The notes: generated by a model not told the origin, from the sequence alone. Positions 1 through 12,415 are shown, counted from the first letter of the stretch. The stretch: 64,000 nucleotides of DNA from Azolla caroliniana (GCA_043228905.1 JBHGNT010000012.1:9548001-9612000), one strand, 5' to 3'. Program-made: numbers and translations.

Positions 1-1190
1 GAAATTGACACCACTTCTAATATCACACTCTTTCTTTACACTCTTATGCAAATTTATGAATGATGTACTTCTTTTGATGTCATCACCTTAATGACAAATT
101 AACCGAGTGGTTTAAGGCGTTGGATTAAGGCTCCAATCTGAGAGGGCATGGGTTCAAATCGCATAGTTGTCATTAGTGAATTGAAAAAATCTAGCATTAC
201 CAAACTTTTCATGTAATGACAACTATGTTAAAATCTTGTACAAAAGAGGGCCATAAAAAATTGATGTGCTGAACATTGTTGCCCATTGACCTAAATTGTC
301 ACCACTTAATATATAATTTTATTTTTTAACACAATTTGATGTCATCAACAGATCGACAATTTGCCTGAGTGATCTAAGGTGTTGGATTTAGGCTCCAATT
401 TGAAAGGACGTGGGTTCAAATCCCATAGTTGTCATTAGTGAATTAAAATAATCTAGCATTACAAGAAATTTCATTACATAACTAATACGTTATTCTTGTA
501 CAAAATAGGGCGCCACAAAAATTTCAGCATATTCCTTCTTAGATCTAGTGCTTGCATTGCACATTGATATTCTTAACAATGTTGCAGAGTGACCGCAATT
601 GACACGACTGAAAATATCACTCTCTTTTTTAATACTCTTTTGCCACTTTATTTAAGTGTACACTTCCTTTGATATCATCAACGACAATTTGGCTAAGTGG
701 TCAAAGGCGTTGGATGTATGCTCCAATCCGTAAGGGCGTGGTATCAAATTCCTCAGTTGTCATTAGAGAATTCAAACATTTAATGAAATAACTGCTACGT
801 TATCCTTGTACAAAAGAGGGCCATAAATTTTTTTAATTGTGTCCTTTCTTCGACCTAGTGCTTGCATTGCACATTGATGTGCTTAACATTGTTGCCCAGA
901 CACTGAAATTGACAACACTTAAAATATCACTCTGTTTTTTAACACTGTTTGAAACTTTATCAAGTGTGTACTTGTTTTGATATTATCGACACAATGATAA
1001 ATTGGCCAATTGGTCTAAGGCGTTGGATTAAGGCTCTATGCCGAGAGGGCGTGGGTACAAATCCCACAGTTGTCATTAGCGAATTAAAATAATATAGCAT
1101 GACCAAAAGTTTCCTGAAATAACAACTACGTTATCCTTGTAGAAAATAGGGCGTTACCTAAATTGACACCACTGAAAATATCACTCTCTT
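1..1190 (+). repeat. Diverged tRNA-Leu satellite block, inverted relative to the main array; 4 degenerate tRNA copies at 93-172, 355-434, 683-762, 996-1075
   Basis: Each copy resembles GACAATTTGGCCGAGTGGTCTAAGGCGTTGGATTTAGGCTCCAATCCGAGAGGGCGTGGGTTCAAATCCCACAGTTGTCA with several substitutions; spacers are reverse complements of those at ~4.8-6.0 kb. Confidence 0.9.
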
Positions 1191-2045
1191 TGGTACGGGC
1201 ATGATCATATAATATCCCTTTGGTACGGGCATGACCATATAATATCCCGTGGTGAGAATTTACCATAGTATTCTATACACGTCGATAAGTGTGAGGGTTA
1301 AACGAGAGTGTAAAGAATGGGAGGATTACTTTCAATCCTCGGGATTGAGACAACCCATTAGGCCAATTGTGAACTTGCATGGGTGCCTTGGGTATCGCTA
1401 TAAATAAGAGGTTTAGCTACCCTCATTTGATCATATTGTTGACTACTTCGAGACTCTGTTTTGTGGTGGGTCAACTCTTGTAGCGAGTGCGCCAACACCA
1501 GGTACGACTTGACGCCACGACGGTGGTATGGGACGCCGATCGAGGATCGAGTCCGTCTCGATCCCTTCGCTCGGGGGTGGTCGGGTGGATAGGCACCCTT
1601 CTTTCTCTCTCCTTTCTATCTATTTATCTATATTCTATCTTTATCTAATGCTTATATTAGTTCATGTCTCTAATAGTTGGTATCAGAGCGTATGTTCTAA
1701 TGTTTCTTTTGTTGGTTTTGTCTTCTTGATGAATGGCAATCGATCAATGTGTAGTCGACTTTGTTCCAAAAAACAATGAACAAAGGAACTTCGGTAATCT
1801 TTTTTTTTTTTTCTATTCTTTCTTCTCCCAATTTAATCATGTGTATGGTTAATATGTAATTTTTTATTATATAAATTCAATGATGTTGTAGTGGTAATTA
1901 ATTGGTTATATAAAACATTTACATATGTGCACGGGGTCAATACCTCATTTGACATATAAATAATATGTGATTAGTGTTATATGCGTACAAGGTTAATACC
2001 TCAATTGTGTATTACATTCACGTACATTTGTTACGTATGCGTATG
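1191..2045 (+). mobile_element. Truncated LTR retrotransposon 5' end: LTR (~1191-1677), tRNA-iMet PBS and AT-rich leader
   Basis: TATAAATA at ~1399; PBS TGGTATCAGAGC at 1678-1689; 30-bp tandem duplication at 1191-1248; no ORF follows. Confidence 0.65.
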
Positions 2046-4478
2046 AGGTTACGTTCATATCGATCTCGATTGTGGCCTTCCCTACGTTGGTCGTCGTGAT
2101 CGCGCCCATAGTCGTCGCGTCTTCTCTCATTGTACCGATCACCCTCTAGAACCCTTCGTCGTCTTGTTCGTGACTACTACGTGGTTCAGTGATCCTCACC
2201 GGTGCAGGTTGTTGGTTTAGCACGTTGTACTCGCATCAGTCCGTTGTGTGTGCCCGTGAGTGGCAGATCATACACTGCGTCCTAATTGTGCAGTCTATCG
2301 TCGAATGGCCCGAGTTTAGACACGTTGTGCATTGCAATGCCTGGCGAAACCTGAAATTCTCCTGATTTGGAAGGGCCCTCTACAGGGCTCCCATCGTCAT
2401 CAGGGAGCTATGTTTATCCATTTCTTGCACCCAATCGATGATTGATCCATTGTGATGGCCCGGAAATCTAGTTCCCTACACATCATTCAGAGGGGTTCCC
2501 GTTGTCGTAGTGTATTTCGTACACTACGTGAAAAAGTAAAAAATAATATAACCGATTTAATTACATATAAATAAATAAAATAATATATCAAGATATTTAT
2601 CACGTGCATAGGGCAAGATTTGAACCCTGTACCTCCACGTAGCCAAACCTCAACTTTACCATTATGCTACCTTATCTTTAGTGTTCTATAAATAGATTTA
2701 ATAACTATAAGTGCTTTATTTGCACCTACCTTTATTAAAAGGTAAATCGTGCATTTTTAGAGTGTGTGAATATTTTATAGAAAAAACGCAAGCAACTAAA
2801 AAGTGACTCGTGCACATCTAGCGTGCATGAGCACTATATTTAGCAAATAAAAGCAAGGATTAGAAAAGCATCACATGCATATTTAGTGTGCATGAACATA
2901 TTAGAAAAAAAGCATGTAGCTATGCTTAGTCTCTCCCATCACTACATAAGGATGGGGAGCACAATGTAATAGTGTGTGAAAAATATTTGGGAAATTGGAT
3001 ATATTTCCTAAAACACCAACAATCAATAAAATATACTCGTGGGATTCACGAAGTTTAAGATAATCTATCTCTTTCAATCTAAATTCATATTCTTACATAA
3101 ATATTGATTAATGTAATACTTGTGGGATTCACAAGGTTTGATCTCTTTTCTCAATCTACTCTAATCTATTCTAAATTATTTCAATTTATTACTACGATTT
3201 AGATAAACTAAAACAATTATACTTGTGGGATTCACAAGTTTCTATATCTCTTTCTTATAATCTATTCATATTCATAACTAGATTAGCCTCAAATTCTTCC
3301 TCCTCCTAGTCCAAAACCTCGGCGGTTCCCACCCGACTCACGCAACGATCCGGAGCCGAAAGGCACGACACCGTAGAGCGGACAGAAACACCACTTTCGC
3401 CTCCTGCTCCGGAGGCGCCGTTGTTAACGGGTTGTGTAGTGTTTGAAATTTGATGATAAATTGGGGCATTGTCTCATGCTCGGCTTGGAGGGTTGTGTAA
3501 AATTGTCCGACTAGTTCACGGTATTCCATTTGCCTATGGAATAGTTGGAGGAATTTTGTTTTCAAGGCCTCAAATGTGGCAAAGCTCCCGGGTGGGTGCT
3601 TTGCGTGCCAGCGGGCCGCCGGTCCCTCTAATGTCATGCCGAATTCGGCAATTTTTGACCGTTCGCCTTCCGGTTCGGTCAGCCTTTGGGATAAATGATT
3701 CGCTTCCCATGTTTGTAGTAACGCATAGATGTGTGCCTCCGCGTCAGGATCATCACGGTACTTCGGATACGGGTATGGCATGGTGTAGTCTTCCGGAGGT
3801 TGTACCGGAGATGTGTGGTTTAGTTCTTGCCCGGCGGGAGGTGTTGGTCCACGATTTTCTTCTATCTCCGTGGGTGGTGTTGGTGCGCAGTTTCCCGCAG
3901 TCTCGACGGGTGGTGTGGCTGCGCGGTTTTTCGTTGTCTCCGCGGCTAGTGTTGGCACGCGGTTTTCCATTGTCTCCGCGGGTGGTGTTGATGAGTCGTC
4001 TAATTCATCGTCTGGAGTATCGTGCCTCCTTTTGTAATTTGACTGAACCCTTTGTTCACTATCCGATTTCGACTCTAAGGCCAAGAATGCCTCTGAATCT
4101 CCGTTGCCTCTGGCAAGCGTCCGCAGTCGCGCTTCTGCCTCTTGCAGGCTCGTTAGACTATTACCCCTGTCGGAAATTTGTTCCATTTGGAACTGAAGTG
4201 TTTCATCCACAACCCTCCGAAGCACTTTGGGAAAAGACCGATATTGTCCGATCTCCTGGGCCGCATATTGGAAGACTGCCAGCCTTTGCTGTCTTCCGGC
4301 AAGTCTTCTTCCTCGTTCGGTGAGTTCGTCGTTAGTCGGTCGAGAAATCCATCCCCCGTTGTTCTCTTCTCACTACAGGAATCGTGGTCGCCAAAAACTG
4401 TGTTATCCCTTAGGCTGGAGAAGCCCTAACACAGGGTGTCCCTATGGAACACTTCACCAAAGGGTGGTACGGGGAGAT
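2046..4478 (-). mobile_element. Ty3/Gypsy gag fragment (related to Gypsy B), split by the 2503-3370 insertion
   Basis: ORF 3338-4225 (PYPYPKY..DAEAH..TWEANH..GPAARW) resembles the gag at ~39.2 kb; the frame resumes below 2502 (LR|EPL). Confidence 0.8.
2503..3370 (-). mobile_element. Solo-LTR-like TGTCG...CGACA element, 868 bp, 4-bp TSD CCGT
   Basis: CCGT at 2499-2502 and 3371-3374; both termini homologous to those of 38072-38326; terminal hairpin CGTAGTGTA-TTTCG-TACACTACG. Confidence 0.8.
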
Positions 4479-6640
4479 AAGTAGTTATTTCATGAAATGT
4501 TTGGTCATGCTAGATTATTTCAATTTTCTAATGACAACTATGGGATTTGATACCACGCCCTTACAGATTGCAACCTATATCCAACACCTTAGACCAATCA
4601 ACCAAATTGTCGATGGATTGACGACATCAAAGGAAGTGTACACTTCATAAAGTGGCAAAAGTGTGTTAATCAAGAGAGTGATATTTTCAATGGTGTCAAT
4701 TTAGGTCAATGTGCAATGCAAGCACTAGATCTAAGAAGTAATATGTTTAAAGTTTTCTAGCGCCTTATTTTGTACCAAGATAACGTAGTTGTTATTTCAT
4801 GAAATTTTTGGTAATGTTATATTATTTTAATTCGCTAACGAGAACTGTGGGATTTGAACCCACGCCCTTTCGGATTGGAGCCTAAATCCAACGCCTTAGA
4901 GCACTTGGCCAAATTGTCAATGTGTTGATAACATCAAAAGAAGTACAACATTGATAAAATTGCAAAATAGTCTTAAAAAAGAGAGTTATATTTTAAGTGG
5001 TGTCAATTTAGGTCAATGGGTAACAATGTTAAGAACATCAATGTGAAATGCAAGCACTAGGTCGACGAAAAGACACAATTAAAAATTTTTATGGCCCTCT
5101 TTTGTACAAGGAATGTTTGGTACTGTACATTATTTCAATTCTCTAATAACAATTGTAGAATTTGATACCACGCCCTTACGGATTGGAGCCTAAATCCAAC
5201 ACCTTAGACCACTCGGCCAAATTGTCGATGGGTTGATGATATCAAAGGAAGTGTACACTTAAATAAAGCGGCAAAAGAGTATTAAAAAAGAGAGTGATAT
5301 TTTCAGTGGTGTCAATTTAGGTCACTGTGAAAAATTGTTAAGCATATCAATGTGCAATGCAAGCACTAGATCGAAGAAGGAATATGCTTAAATTTCTGTG
5401 GCGCCCTATTTTGTACAAGAATAACGTAGTAGTTATGTCATGAAATTTTATGTAAAGCTACATATTTTAATTCAGTAATGACATCTGTGTAATTCCCACC
5501 CACGTCGTTTCAAATTGGAGCCTAGATCCAACGCCTTAGACCTCACAGGCAAATTATCGATGTGTTGATGATATCAAAAGAGGTACACCATTTATAAAAT
5601 TGCAAAATAGTGTTAAGAAAGAGAGTTATATATTAAGTGGTATCAATTTACGTCAATGGGCAGCAATGTTCAGCACATCAATGTGCAATGCAAGTATTAG
5701 GTCGAAGAAAGGACACACTTACACTTTTTTATGGCCCTCTTTTATACAAGATTAACATAGTTGTTATTTCATGAAAAGATCGGCAACGCTAGATTTTTTC
5801 AATTTGCTAATGACAACTATGTGATTTGAAGCCACGCCCTCTCGGATTGGAGCCTAAATCCAACGCCGTAAACCACTCGGTTAAATTGTCATTAAGATGA
5901 TGACATCAAAAGAAGTACATCATTCATAAAATTGCATAAGAGTGGAACGAAAGAGAGTGATATTTGAAATGGTGTCAATTTCAATGGGTGGGCAACAATG
6001 TTAAGCACACAATGTGTAATTCAAGCAAACAAGGACTATGTCAAAGAAAGAATATGTTTAAAGTTTTCTACGGCCTTCTTTTGGAGAAGAATAACATAAT
6101 AATTATTCTACGAAAAGTTTGGTAATGCTAGATTGTTTCAATCCACTAATGACAACCGTGGGATTTGAACCCACACCCGTTTGTATTGGAGCATAAACCC
6201 AAATTGTTGATGGCTTGACGACATCAAAAGAAGGGCACACTTGATAAAGTTGTAAAAGAGTGTTAAAATAGATAGTGAAGTTCTCACTGGGCAACAATGT
6301 TAAGCATATCAATATGTAATGCAAGCAGTAGATCTAAGAGGGAATGTGTTTAATATTGCCCAATGTTAAGCATATCAATATGTAATGCAAGCAGTAGATC
6401 TAAGAGGGAATGTGTTTAATATTTTCTAGCGCCTTATTTTGTATATGAATTGAATTTGTGTAATGTTTTCTAGCACCCTATTTTGTACAAGACTAACGTA
6501 GTAGTTATTTCATGAAATGTTTGGTAATGCTAGATTATTTTAATTTGCTCATGACAACTGTGGGATTTGAACCCACGCCCTTTCAGATAAGAGCCTAAAT
6601 CCAACGCCTTAGACCACTCGGCCAAATTGTCGATGTATTG
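4479..6640 (-). repeat. Diverged tRNA-Leu(UAG) satellite block; copies at 4532-4611, 4839-4918, 5147-5226, 5479-5558, 5811-5890, ~6150-6208 (deleted), 6552-6631
   Basis: Same ~330-bp tRNA-plus-spacer unit as the core array, with many substitutions. Confidence 0.9.
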
Positions 6641-7003
6641 GCGTCATAAACTGAATATTTTGTTGATTCTTTCTGGTTTTAGAAGATTAGACTTCTTCTT
6701 CATCAGGAGGAGAAATAAAATGATTCTATCGCCCATCGGGGATAGACATAGCAAACCTTGGGATTGCTCGAATGAGAAGCAATGGAACCATCGTAGTATG
6801 TTTAGAAGGATGGTACATACCATATTACAGTGTTCCGGTAGGGAAATTTTTGTAATAACGCAAGAGATCTTTTTTTTTCTTGCGTGGAGTAAGGAGACTA
6901 GCGCTTGGAAATATATCACCGCCTAGCCGTTTTACCCCACCCGACGCATAGCCGTATGCATAGATAATTGCCCGTATGGCTAGTCCTGGGTTATACCCCA
7001 ATC

Positions 7004-7245
7004 AGGGTAATGATTTGAACCAACCCGCTAGTTCGTATTATGACGGACAAGCAGGGTAGTGTGTTATGGAAGCAGAAGAAGTATCGAAACTCCGTGATTG
7101 TATAACCAGGGTTTATGCACAAAGAACTGGTAAACCGCTATGGATGATTTCTGAAGACATGGAAAGAGACGTTTTTCTATCAGCGGAAGAAGCCCAGGAT
7201 TATGGTATCGCGGATTTCGTCACGTCGGATAACGCTCCGAATTGA
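7004..7245 (+). pseudogene. clpP: Plastid clpP exon 3 copy
   Basis: RVMI-(frameshift)[62 protein letters not shown]; one frameshift and one stop. Confidence 0.92.
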
Positions 7246-7643
7246 TAATTCAGTTTTGCTTTTTTTATAAGATCCTTTCGGCATCGATATGGATAGAAGA
7301 GGAGTCAGAGAACTCCTCCTTGTCTAACAAAAAAAATATTTTACACCCAAAAAAAGAAGGAGAAATTTTTTTCTCTCTATCTGTGGTTTGCGGTTGAGCC
7401 AAAGAATAAATATAGTTGAACTGATTTCTAAATTAATTAAAATGAAAAGATCCTTCGTTGTTTCATACTCATTTATCTCAATGATCACTCTATCCAATCC
7501 CTAGGGGCCTTGGACCGCGCCTCCCACTGTTAAGTCAGAAAACCATACCGAAACCTAAAAATCGAAGATATTGAGAGATTTCATTCTTGCATGCACATGG
7601 TTAAGAATATTCTAAACCAAACAGATTATCTGCTTCTTTGAAC

Positions 7644-7763
7644 GTGCCAACAAATCAACAACTTATTAGAAAAGCTAGACAACGACTAGCCAGTGGAACA
7701 AAATCCCCAGCCCTTCGGGGATGCCCCCAACAGCGGGGAGTATGTACTAGGGTTAGGGTGTAT
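7644..7763 (+). pseudogene. rps12: Plastid rps12 exon 1 (trans-spliced 5' exon) copy
   Basis: [39 protein letters not shown](RV)Y followed by group II intron start GTGTGACTCG; 6-bp duplication. Confidence 0.92.
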
Positions 7764-9283
7764 GTGTGACTCGTTCGGACTGAAAACCAAGTGTAAAGAG
7801 AAAAGTTTGGTGTTGCAGAATAAATTTTCTAATGAAGCATGGTCTACATGTATTGTCTATCCGTTTCGAATAGGAATGGGAATTTGCGGTTGCGGTCGGT
7901 GAAACTCCGACCATCTCGATTTGGGATGGTGGCAAAACAAACATCGATGATGTTAAAAATAATCAGTAAGCGATGTTAAGAGAATGGTATGAATAATCAT
8001 ACCTTCATCAATATTGTTGCAGTGGCAGTAATCTCGAGTCAAGTTTTTTGCCAACTTCCAGCTTGAAACACCGTTACTATACAAACGATTTCTTATACTG
8101 CAAAGAATAGTTATTTGCCCGGACTACTTCACTCCCAGGTGGAGCTACTCACGGAGGATCATACAACCCGCCAGCAGCAACTATGTTTCTCTCATCTCGA
8201 AGGAACTTTACGCTCCGGTGTGTGGGAAGGACCCAGCTGCCAAGAGCTCAGCCGTGGAAACAATGGAATCCATAACGTCTCCGGTGCAGTATCAAGTTGG
8301 TGATGGCTGATGGAAACAGACATCTAATCCGGAGTTTTTGCGGGTGGGAAAGTTGGACTAGCAAAAGCCGTTGAAAATCTTATTTTTTGCATCACACAAA
8401 AGAATGAATACTTTGTGCAAGGAAAAAAATTGATGACATCAAAAGAAGTATACCATTGATAAAATTACAAACTAGTGTTAAAAAAGAGAGTTATATTTTA
8501 ACTGGTGTCAATTTAGGTCAGGTGCAACAATGTTCCGCACATCAACGTGCAATGCAAGTATTAGGTCGAAGAAAGGATACACTTACAATTTTTTATCGCT
8601 CTTTTTGTAGAAGAATAGCATATTCGTGATTTCATGAAACGTTTGGTAATGCTAAAAATTTTCCATTCACTAATGATAACTATGGGATTTGAACCGATGC
8701 CCTCGTTGGATTGGATCCTAAATCCAATGCCTTAAACCACTCGGCCAAATTGTCATTGACTCAATGACATCAAAACAAATGCACACTTGAAAAGAGTGTT
8801 AAAAAAGAGAGTGATATGTTATGTCGTGTCCATTTCGGTGTCTCAGCAACAATCTTACGCACAACAATGTTAAGCACATCAATGTGCAATGCAAGCACTA
8901 GGTCGAAGATAAGACACAATTAACAGATTTTATACCCCTCTTTTGTACAAGAATAACGTAGTAGTTATTTCATGAAATGTTTGGTAATGCCAGATTATTT
9001 TCATTCGCTTATGACCACTCGGCCAAATTGTCGATGTGTTGATAACATCAAACGAAGCATAGCATTGATAAAATTGGAAAATAGTGTTAAAAAAGCGAGT
9101 TATATTTTAAGTGGTGTCAACTTCGGTCAAGGGCAACAATGTTCAGCACATCAACGTGCAATGCAAGTATTCGGTCGAAGAAAGGACACCTTTACAATTT
9201 TTTATCGCTCTTTTTGTAGAATAATAGCATATTCGTTAATTTCATGAAACGTTTGGTAATGCTAAATTTTTTCAATTCTCTAA

Positions 9284-9363
9284 TGACAACTGTGGGATTT
9301 GAACCCACGCCCTCTCGGATTGGAGCCTAAATCCAACGCCTTAGACCACTCGGCCAAATTGTC
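9284..9363 (-). tRNA. trnL-UAG: tRNA-Leu(UAG), variant A
   Basis: 80-nt cloverleaf: acceptor GACAATT/AGTTGTC, anticodon arm TTGGA-TTTAGGC-TCCAA, variable arm CC-GAGA-GG, T arm GTGGG-TTCAAAT-CCCAC, discriminator A. Confidence 0.9.
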
Positions 9364-9893
9364 ATTGACTCGATGACATAAAAAAAAACGCACACTTGAT
9401 AAAGTTTCAAACGACTATTAAAAAAGAGAGTGATATGTTATGTGGTGTCAATATCGATGCCTCGGCAACAATGTTAAGCACATCAATGTGCAATGCAAGC
9501 ACTAGGTCGAAGATAGGACACAATTAACATATTTTATACCCCTGTTTTGTACAAGAATAAGAATAACGTAGTAGTTATTTCATGAAATGTTTTGTAATGC
9601 CAGATTATTTTCATTCGCTCATGACCACTCGGCCAAATTGTGGATGTGTTGATGACATCAAACGAAGCATAGCATTGATAAAATTGGAAAATCGTGTTAA
9701 AAAAGCGAGTTATATTTTAAGTGGTGTCAATTTCGGTCAAGGGCAACAATGTTTAGAACATCAACGTGCAATACAAGTATTCGGTCGAAGAAAGGACACC
9801 TTTACAATTTTCTATCGCCCTCTTTTGTAGAATAATAATATATTTACTTTTTCATGAAACGTTTGGTAATGCTAAATTTTTTCAATTCTCTAA

Positions 9894-9973
9894 TGACAAC
9901 AGTAGGATTTGAACCCACGCCCTCTCGGATTGGAGCCTAAATCCAACGCCTTAGACCACTCGGCCAAATTGTC
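9894..9973 (-). pseudogene. tRNA-Leu(UAG) copy with acceptor/T-stem changes (twin at 13067-13146)
   Basis: 3' end reads AAATCCTACTGTTGTCA, giving a U-U mismatch in the acceptor stem. Confidence 0.65.
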
Positions 9974-10213
9974 ACTGGGTCGATGACATGAAATCAAATG
10001 CGCACTTGATAATGTTTCAGAAGAGTGTTAAAAAAGAGAGTGATATTTTATGTGGTGTTAACGAAACAATGTTAAACACATCAATGTGCAATGCAAGCGC
10101 TAGGTCGAAGAGAGGACACAATTAAAAAATTTTATGGCTCTCTTTTGAACAAGAATACCGTAGTAGTTATTTGATGACATGTTACGTAATGCCAGATTAT
10201 TTTAATTCGCTCA

Positions 10214-10293
10214 TGACAATTGTGGGATTTGAACCCACGCCCTTTCGGATTGGAGCCTAAATCCAACACCTTAGACCACTCGGCCAAATTGTC
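10214..10293 (-). tRNA. trnL-UAG: tRNA-Leu(UAG), variant B
   Basis: As variant A but acceptor GACAATT/AATTGTC, variable loop GAAA and a D-stem G-U pair. Confidence 0.85.
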
Positions 10294-10544
10294 GATGTGT
10301 TGATAACATCAAACGAAGCATACCATTCATAAAATTCGAAAATAGTGTTAAAAAAGCGAGTTATATTTTAAGTGGTGTCAACTTCGGTCAAGGGCAACAA
10401 TGTTCAGCACATCAACGTGCAATGCAAGTATTCGGTCGAAGAAAGGACACCTTTACAATTTTTTATCGCTCTTTTTGTAGAATAATAGCATATTCGTTAA
10501 TTTCATGAAACGTTTGGTAATGCTTAATTTTTTCAATTCTCTAA

Positions 10545-10624
10545 TGACAACTGTGGGATTTGAACCCACGCCCTCTCGGATTGGAGCCTAAATCCAACGC
10601 CTTAGACCACTCGGCCAAATTGTC
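10545..10624 (-). tRNA. trnL-UAG: tRNA-Leu(UAG), variant A
   Basis: Identical to 9284-9363. Confidence 0.9.
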
Positions 10625-11154
10625 ATTGACTCGATGACATAAAAAAAAACGCACACTTGATAAAGTTTCAAACGACTATTAAAAAAGAGAGTGATATGTT
10701 ATGTGGTGTCAATATCGATGCCTCGGCAACAATGTTAAGCACATCAATGTGCAATGCAAGCACTAGGTCGAAGACAGGACACAATTAACAGATTTTATAC
10801 CCCTGTTTTGTACAAGAATAAGAATAACGTAGTAGTTATTTCATGAAATGTTTTGTAATGCCAGATTATTTTCATTCGCTCATGACCACTCGGCCAAATT
10901 GTGGATGTGTTGATGACATCAAACGAAGCATAGCGTTGATAAAATTGGAAAATCGTGTTAAAAAAGCGAGTTATATTTTAAGTGGTGTCAATTTCGGTCA
11001 AGGGCAACAATGTTTAGAACATCAACGTGCAATGCAAGTATTCGGTCGAAGAAAGGACACCTTTACAATTTTCTATCGCCCTCTTTTGTAGAATAATAAT
11101 ATATTTACTATTTCATGAAACGTTTGGTAATGCTAAATTTTTTCAATTCTCTAA

Positions 11155-11234
11155 TGACAACTGTGGGATTTGAACCCACGCCCTCTCGGATTGGAGCCTA
11201 AATCCAACGCCTTAGACCACTCGGCCAAATTGTC
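11155..11234 (-). tRNA. trnL-UAG: tRNA-Leu(UAG), variant A
   Basis: Identical to 9284-9363. Confidence 0.9.
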
Positions 11235-11474
11235 ACTGGGTCGATGACATGAAATCAAATGCGCACTTGATAATGTTTCAGAAGAGTGTTAAAAAAGAGA
11301 GTGATATTTTATGTGGTGTTAACGAAACAATGTTAAACACATCAATGTGCAATGCAAGCGCTAGGTCGAAGAGAGGACACAATTAAAAAAATTTATGGCT
11401 CTCTTTTGAACAAGAATACCGTAGTAGTTATTTGATGACATGTTACGTAATGCCAGATTATTTTAATTCGCTCA

Positions 11475-11554
11475 TGACAATTGTGGGATTTGAACCCACG
11501 CCCTTTCGGATTGGAGCCTAAATCCAACACCTTAGACCACTCGGCCAAATTGTC
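11475..11554 (-). tRNA. trnL-UAG: tRNA-Leu(UAG), variant B
   Basis: Identical to 10214-10293. Confidence 0.85.
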
Positions 11555-11805
11555 GATGTGTTGATGACATCAACAGAAGTATACCATTCATAAAATTACA
11601 AACTAGTGTTAAAAAAGAGAGTTATATTTTAATTGGTGTCAATTTCGGTCAAGGGCAACAATATTAAGCACATCAACGTGCAATGCAAGTATTAGGTCGA
11701 AGAAAGGACACCTTTACAATTTTTTATCGCTCTTTTTGTAGAATAATAGCATATTCGTTAATTTCATGAAACGTTTGGTAATGCTAAATTTTTTCAATTC
11801 TCTAA

Positions 11806-11885
11806 TGACAACTGTGGGATTTGAACCCACGCCCTCTCGGATTGGAGCCTAAATCCAACGCCTTAGACCACTCGGGCAAATTGTC
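11806..11885 (-). pseudogene. tRNA-Leu(UAG) copy with D-stem/A-box change (twin at 14979-15058)
   Basis: TTGCCCGAG in place of TTGGCCGAG. Confidence 0.65.
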
Positions 11886-12415
11886 ACTGGGTCGATGACA
11901 TGAAATCAAATGCGCACATGATAATGTTTCAGAAGAGTGTTAAAAAAGAGAGTGATATTTTATGTGGTGTCAATATCGATGCCTCGGCAACAATGTTAAG
12001 CACATCAATGTGCAATGCAAGCACTAGGTCGAAGATAGGACACAATTAACAGATTTTATACCCCTGTTTTGTACAAGAATAAGAATAACGTAGTAGTTAT
12101 TTCATGAAATGTTTTGTAATGCCAGATTATTTTCATTCGCTCATGAACACTCGGCCAAATTGTGGATGTGTTGATGACATCAAACGAAGCATAGCATTGA
12201 TAAAATTGGAAAATCGTGTTAAAAAAGCGAGTTATATTTTAAGTGGTGTCAATTTCGGTCAAGGGCAACAATATTAAGCACATCAACGTGCAATGCAAGT
12301 ATTCGGTCGAAGAAAGGACACCTTTACAATTTTTTATCGCTCTTTTTGTAGAATAATAGCATATTCGTTAATTTCATGAAACGTTTGGTAATGCTAAATT
12401 TTTTCAATTCTCTAA

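Larger units (their letters stand above)
6641..8430 (+). other. Nuclear plastid DNA insertion (NUPT): clpP intron 2 / exon 3, rps12 exon 1 and intron
   Basis: Plastid gene order clpP then rps12-5'; group II intron domain V-like GCCGTATGCA..CCCGTATGGC at ~6951-6980; flanks rejoin one satellite spacer. Confidence 0.9.

Noticed and set aside
7004-7763. Functional clpP/rps12, or the window being a plastome
   Set aside because: Only isolated exons, with a frameshift, a stop and a duplication, embedded in nuclear repeats
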